A DNA stretch of 64,000 nt from Ascidiella aspersa (Eukaryota): contig OZ004611.1 of the NCBI GenBank assembly GCA_963924565.1, forward strand, positions 29,574,001 to 29,638,000, given 5' to 3'. Each line of letters starts with the position of its first letter. The stretch's first letter is position 1. A program made the position numbers and the translations under genes. Under the pieces are notes generated by a model. It did not search any database and was not told where the DNA came from. It saw only the letters and a program-made list of their open reading frames with translations. Below, one piece after another: positions 59,367 through 64,000 of the stretch.

Positions 59367-59694
59367 CTGCATTAAATCTTGTAGTGATGAAACGACAAAT
59401 TACATGTTCTTTTTACTGAAGTTGGGTTTTAATTTCCGGACAAGACTTATAGTTTTGACCGTCAAGCTAATTTTCGTGAGGCCAAGTTGCAAAACCGATT
59501 GGCAATAATAGATACAACAAGCTTTAGCTGTGTTTTTTGACCAAGCTGTAGCGCCTTAATTACTAAGATTTAGCAATTAATTTGCTACAAGCCACAAAAA
59601 TAGTCCAATAGTTTATCATTTCAAACGTTTGCGGATTGCTTTGTTTAAATTTCTACAGCTCGAACATGAGCATTGAGCATACATAGCAAATTAC

Positions 59695-59808
59695 CTGTGT
59701 CGCAAATAGTTCCAGTAAATCCTGGTTGACACGAGCAGGAAAAGCTTCCAGGGTTGTCTGAACATTGGGCTCCATTTTGACAAGGACTTGAATCACATTC
59801 GTTTACGT
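59695..59808 (-). CDS. cbEGF exon (type A)
   Basis: Copy of 52987-53100. Confidence 0.9.
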
Positions 59809-62800
59809 CTGAAAAACGTTTGACGAATGATAATATTTTTTTATTAATTAAGGCCAGAATTAGATTCACTGCATACGCGAAAACTGCACTAAAATCTGAT
59901 CTAGAGTAGAATAATTGCAGGGTAAAAGGCAAAAATTACTGCCCTGTCTTTTCACAACTCGCCTACATAGCTGTAGAATTTTCACAATAACATATGATAA
60001 GCCAAAGCCGCAAAAATAGCAGTTTATAGATTTTTAAATATCTATTAAGCAAAGGCGCATTTTAACGGTATAACGTTGATTAACATATCATATTTTTAAA
60101 TGAAATAGCAACATTGTTTTTTATTTAGAAACTTTTGATTCAAACATTTGGCGATTTACTTCTCTCCTTTGGACTCCAGCCATAAGACCAAAATAAGAAC
60201 AACATAAAAGTTGAAATAAAACACATTTCGGAATAAGACCAAAATAGCATTAATACCTACTAGTCGTAATACGAAACAAATCGGATTAAGACCTAAACCC
60301 TTTGGAACAACACCTAAATGGCCAGAATCAGGCCTATACAATATTTTACCTAACCCCAAACCCCACCCACCCCTAAGTACCTCACTAAATCCTCTAATAA
60401 TTTCAACCCCAACCCATTTTCTAACCCACTCATTACCCACCAATAACCCCAAACAGCCTGAAAAACCCGGTTCTTGAACAGCGGCGCCCTAACGTTGCCG
60501 GTCAAACTAGGCCGCCCAAACGTCGACACCAAAAAAGCCGATGCCATAACCATGGCCCCCATCGTCCCATTTCCTCCCTACAGTTTCAGGCGTTATATGT
60601 GACTTTTAGGCCTCATTCCGATTAATTTAAAACTTATTCAGACAGGTTTATGTCTGAATATTCTGTCGCGGATATTACGGCGTATTTGGCTTCATTATGT
60701 CTTTGGTTTTAATACTATGGTTTTATAGATTTTTCTGATTTAGGTATTATTGTATTTTAGTTATTATTGTGTGTTCCCCCTCCTTTCTGCTTTACACCGC
60801 TACTTTGTGATTAATGACTAACTTGCAATCTGTAATTCACAAGTCTTATTTGTGATGACCTTAACAACTACTTCATTTAAAATTTCCAGACTTGCAATAG
60901 CAAAATAGCTTTTGAAACGGCAACTAAAAGACAGCAACCTTAACTTTACAACGTACAATAATTTGTTTTAAGGTGCACAACAATTGTTTACAATTTGCAG
61001 ATATGGGCGCGTACAAATCAAACAGCATAAATATATTGCTGTTTAATTCGAATAGTAGCCATTCAAATACAAATATTGCAATTAAAATCGTTAGTTGAAC
61101 ACTACATTCAAATGGTTGCTAAAATTCACAGGATGCTGTTCCATTCACTACTTTGCGGTTTATTTCGCAAATTAGTCTTCCATTCTAAGTACACTATTGC
61201 CATTACAGTTGTTGCCTAGACCAGTGCTCCGCAACCGGAGTGCCGCGACATTCCCAGAGGTGTACTACGTTGAGGATACTTTTTAACAATCAATCTAATT
61301 AAAGCGAAAAATGGATATCTTATCAATGGCAAGTATTTTGAACTTGGTATGTTCCGAATTTGTCAGCAAGTATAACTTACCGCTTTAACATTCAGTATTG
61401 TGAATAAATTAACGTGTATCGCGGACGCCTTATTATCCTGTTCACTGACAGACATCAGCACTTAGATCATTTCTTTGTTGTGAGCCCTTTATAGTTTCAG
61501 AGTGCGCATTTGCTATTAGTTAGTAATAAAACTAGACGGGGTGCGGTTGTTGTATACTTTCAGGGCTTAGTGTTTATTTTCAATTTTTACTTTATTTTAA
61601 TTTTTTGTTTTTTTAATTTTTTTTAATATTTGTATTGTGTACTTTATATTATATATTTTGTGTTTCATTTTCCTTACCTTGTTTCTGCAAGCAAAAACAG
61701 ATATGGGCCGAAAACTTCCCCACTTAACTTATGCCTTTGATGCGAAAGGGGTTCAAATATGGCGTAGATTTTGGGGAATGATCGAAACATATATTTGATA
61801 AATAGAATTTACGTAGATAATGCGTATGGCCATTTTATTACATTTTGACCAGCTTACGTGTTTGAAAATCAAATATTACCATTCTCTTAAAGACTAAAAA
61901 TGGTTTAACGCCTATGGTTTGCTATACTTTTGCAAACTTTTACTCGGTAATTGTTTTGGACGTGCCACTTCGCACAATGAAAGTCTCACGCGCGGGACAA
62001 TAAAGCGCAGCAGGCGGTGAGTCGCTTCGTCACTTCACAAGCTTGACAAAGCAAGCGAATATGAACGAATTCTGTATGAAAGTTTTTCTGCTACCAGATG
62101 GCAGTCGTTAGCTACAAAGAGCTAAAACGCAATATTTCAGGTTTTTACCCCCCAAGCAAAGGCCCCTGGGGCTGCAGCCTCATAACCTTCTACAAAGCAC
62201 CTACATATCACTCTACGCCATGTCTGAAAATTTGAAGGTTCTACGATGTCTACTTTTCTATAAAGCTTCGGACAAAAAACGGTCTGAAACATACCATAGG
62301 AAACCATAGAAAACCAAAAAAGAACTAGACGGAGGTGCGGTTGTTGTATATTTGTCATAGAGTATATTTGCAGGGCTTGGTGTTTTTTTGTTTGTTTTTT
62401 AATTTAAAATTTTTTTTTTAACTTTTTTTCCACACACATACACACATTTCACAAACTTTCTCTTTTATTATGTAGATATTTTATATTTTTCCTTAACTTG
62501 TTTCTGCAAGCAAAAACAGATATGGGCCGAAAACCTCTCCACTTAACTTCTGGCTTTGATGCGAAAGGGTTCAAATATGGCGTCGTAGTATTTGGGAAAT
62601 GATCGAAACATTAGAATTTACGTAGATAATGCGTACAAGCATGTTATTACACTTTGTCCAGCTAACTTGTTTAAAAACCATTATCATTCTCTTAAAATGA
62701 TTTAACGTCCTTGGTTTGCTATACTTTCGCCAACTTTTACTGGGTAAATTTTTGCCATGGCTTGGTCCGAGCAAGCACAGTTATAACAGACTTTAAATCT

Positions 62801-64000
62801 GTAGTTTCGAGCAATGTGCAAAACAAGTTTATGTGCCTAATAAACCACCTTTTAAATTGAAAGTTTTGCCAATTGAAATCCAATAAACGCAGTGTTCTTA
62901 GATTTATTTTGATTGGAGTAACATGCGCAGCAGGTGCATATAGAGAGGGGAACACTGCAACCAGATTTCGCATTTAAAATATGCTGCTTTGTAAGAGTAG
63001 TAGGTTATTTTACTAAGTGAAACCTTTTTCTTAAATGCAAGTCGCGCGCGCCCAGTTTTACCAACGCAGCCACTTAGTCCCTTCGCGAGTTGAACCAACG
63101 ATGCGATATAAACAAATTCTGTATCGAGTTTTTCTGCCGCTAGGTAGGAGTAGATAGCTACAAAGAGCTAAAACGATGACGTCACAATATTTTAGGTTTT
63201 TGGCCCCCCCAGTCAGAGGCCCCTAGGGGTACAGTCATAAACCTCGACATCGCACCTCCATGCCACTTTACGCTATGTCTGAAAATTTGAAAGTTCTACC
63301 ATGTCTACTTTTTCTGCAAAGCTTCGGACAAAAATCGGTCTGAAACATTTTCGGGCAAAAACAAGATATGTCCCGAAAATAAATTTTCGGCCCATATAAT
63401 AATTATGAGGGATGAGAGACAAAACGTATTGTTTCAATGATAAAACACAGAAGCGCTAAATCGATTTCCCAAGTACTGCTACAATTTGATGGTGATTACT
63501 GACAAGTAAGAATTTGTACTGATTTAACAAAAACGCCCTGGATTTTTGAAAGTCCGGTGCTCATTAATGTTATTATGAATTGGCAGTTTGCGATTAGATA
63601 AGTAGTCTTGGCAGCTGTTTAAAAAAAAAAACTCAACAAGAAGTACAAAGCGCCAATTTCAGGTTTCATTTTTTGAACGCTATGTATAGTAAAGCCCCCT
63701 GTTCTCTTATTACGGTAGTTGTTGCAACGGGGTATAACTTTCAAAACTTTGATCGGCTTCAGAAATTTTAGAATGTTTCAAAATCGCAAAAACAGAAGAT
63801 AAAGGAATGCAATACGTTAAATTCGTTTCATTACAAAAATCGTTTCTTTTCCCTTTGCTGCCTAGCATTTTTGCCGAAGTTGTCTATTGTCTAAGAAATA
63901 AATTTTGTAGGTGTGCCGCCGAATTGTTTTAGCCCTGTTGGTGTGCCGCAAGTAAAAAAGGTTGCGGAGCACTGAACTCGACGTTTCATTCGAAATGTTG

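Larger units (their letters stand above)
48775..64000. repeat. Intragenic tandem duplication of EGF exon modules (periods ~3.0, 6.7 and ~6.1 kb; continues past the window)
   Basis: Offsets 48901->51905 (3004), 51905->58613 (6708), 57876->63974 (6098); introns and MITEs duplicated too. Confidence 0.92.

Overview
Eukaryotic (invertebrate animal; tunicate-like is only an inference) genomic window in three parts. (1) 1-22.5 kb is the edge of a tandem array of 1193-bp units, each carrying U2 (+), U1 (+) and U6 (-) snRNA genes. Three of five U2 genes are interrupted at the same site (just 3' of the GUAGUA branch-point-pairing sequence) by an ~8.1-kb Utopia/NeSL-type non-LTR retrotransposon with one ORF (five zinc fingers, RT, CCHC, restriction-like endonuclease); two copies are full-length and intact. 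The element has a 2.2-kb AUG-free leader, a U2-like 5' end, and a 14-nt 3'-terminal sequence complementary to the bases just before its start codon. (2) 22.5-39 kb: the last U1 gene is broken after nt 28 by a decayed Tx1/L1-type APE retrotransposon whose 5' UTR has covarying hairpins; it hosts a hAT (Buster-type) transposon, a captured U2-promoter/Utopia 5' fragment and a Sola2-like remnant, and more decayed DNA transposons follow. (3) 39-64 kb: a minus-strand host gene (cbEGF repeats, sushi, C-type lectin) whose EGF exons were recently multiplied by 3-6.7 kb tandem duplications, with MITEs and a CR1/L2-like LINE remnant in its introns.
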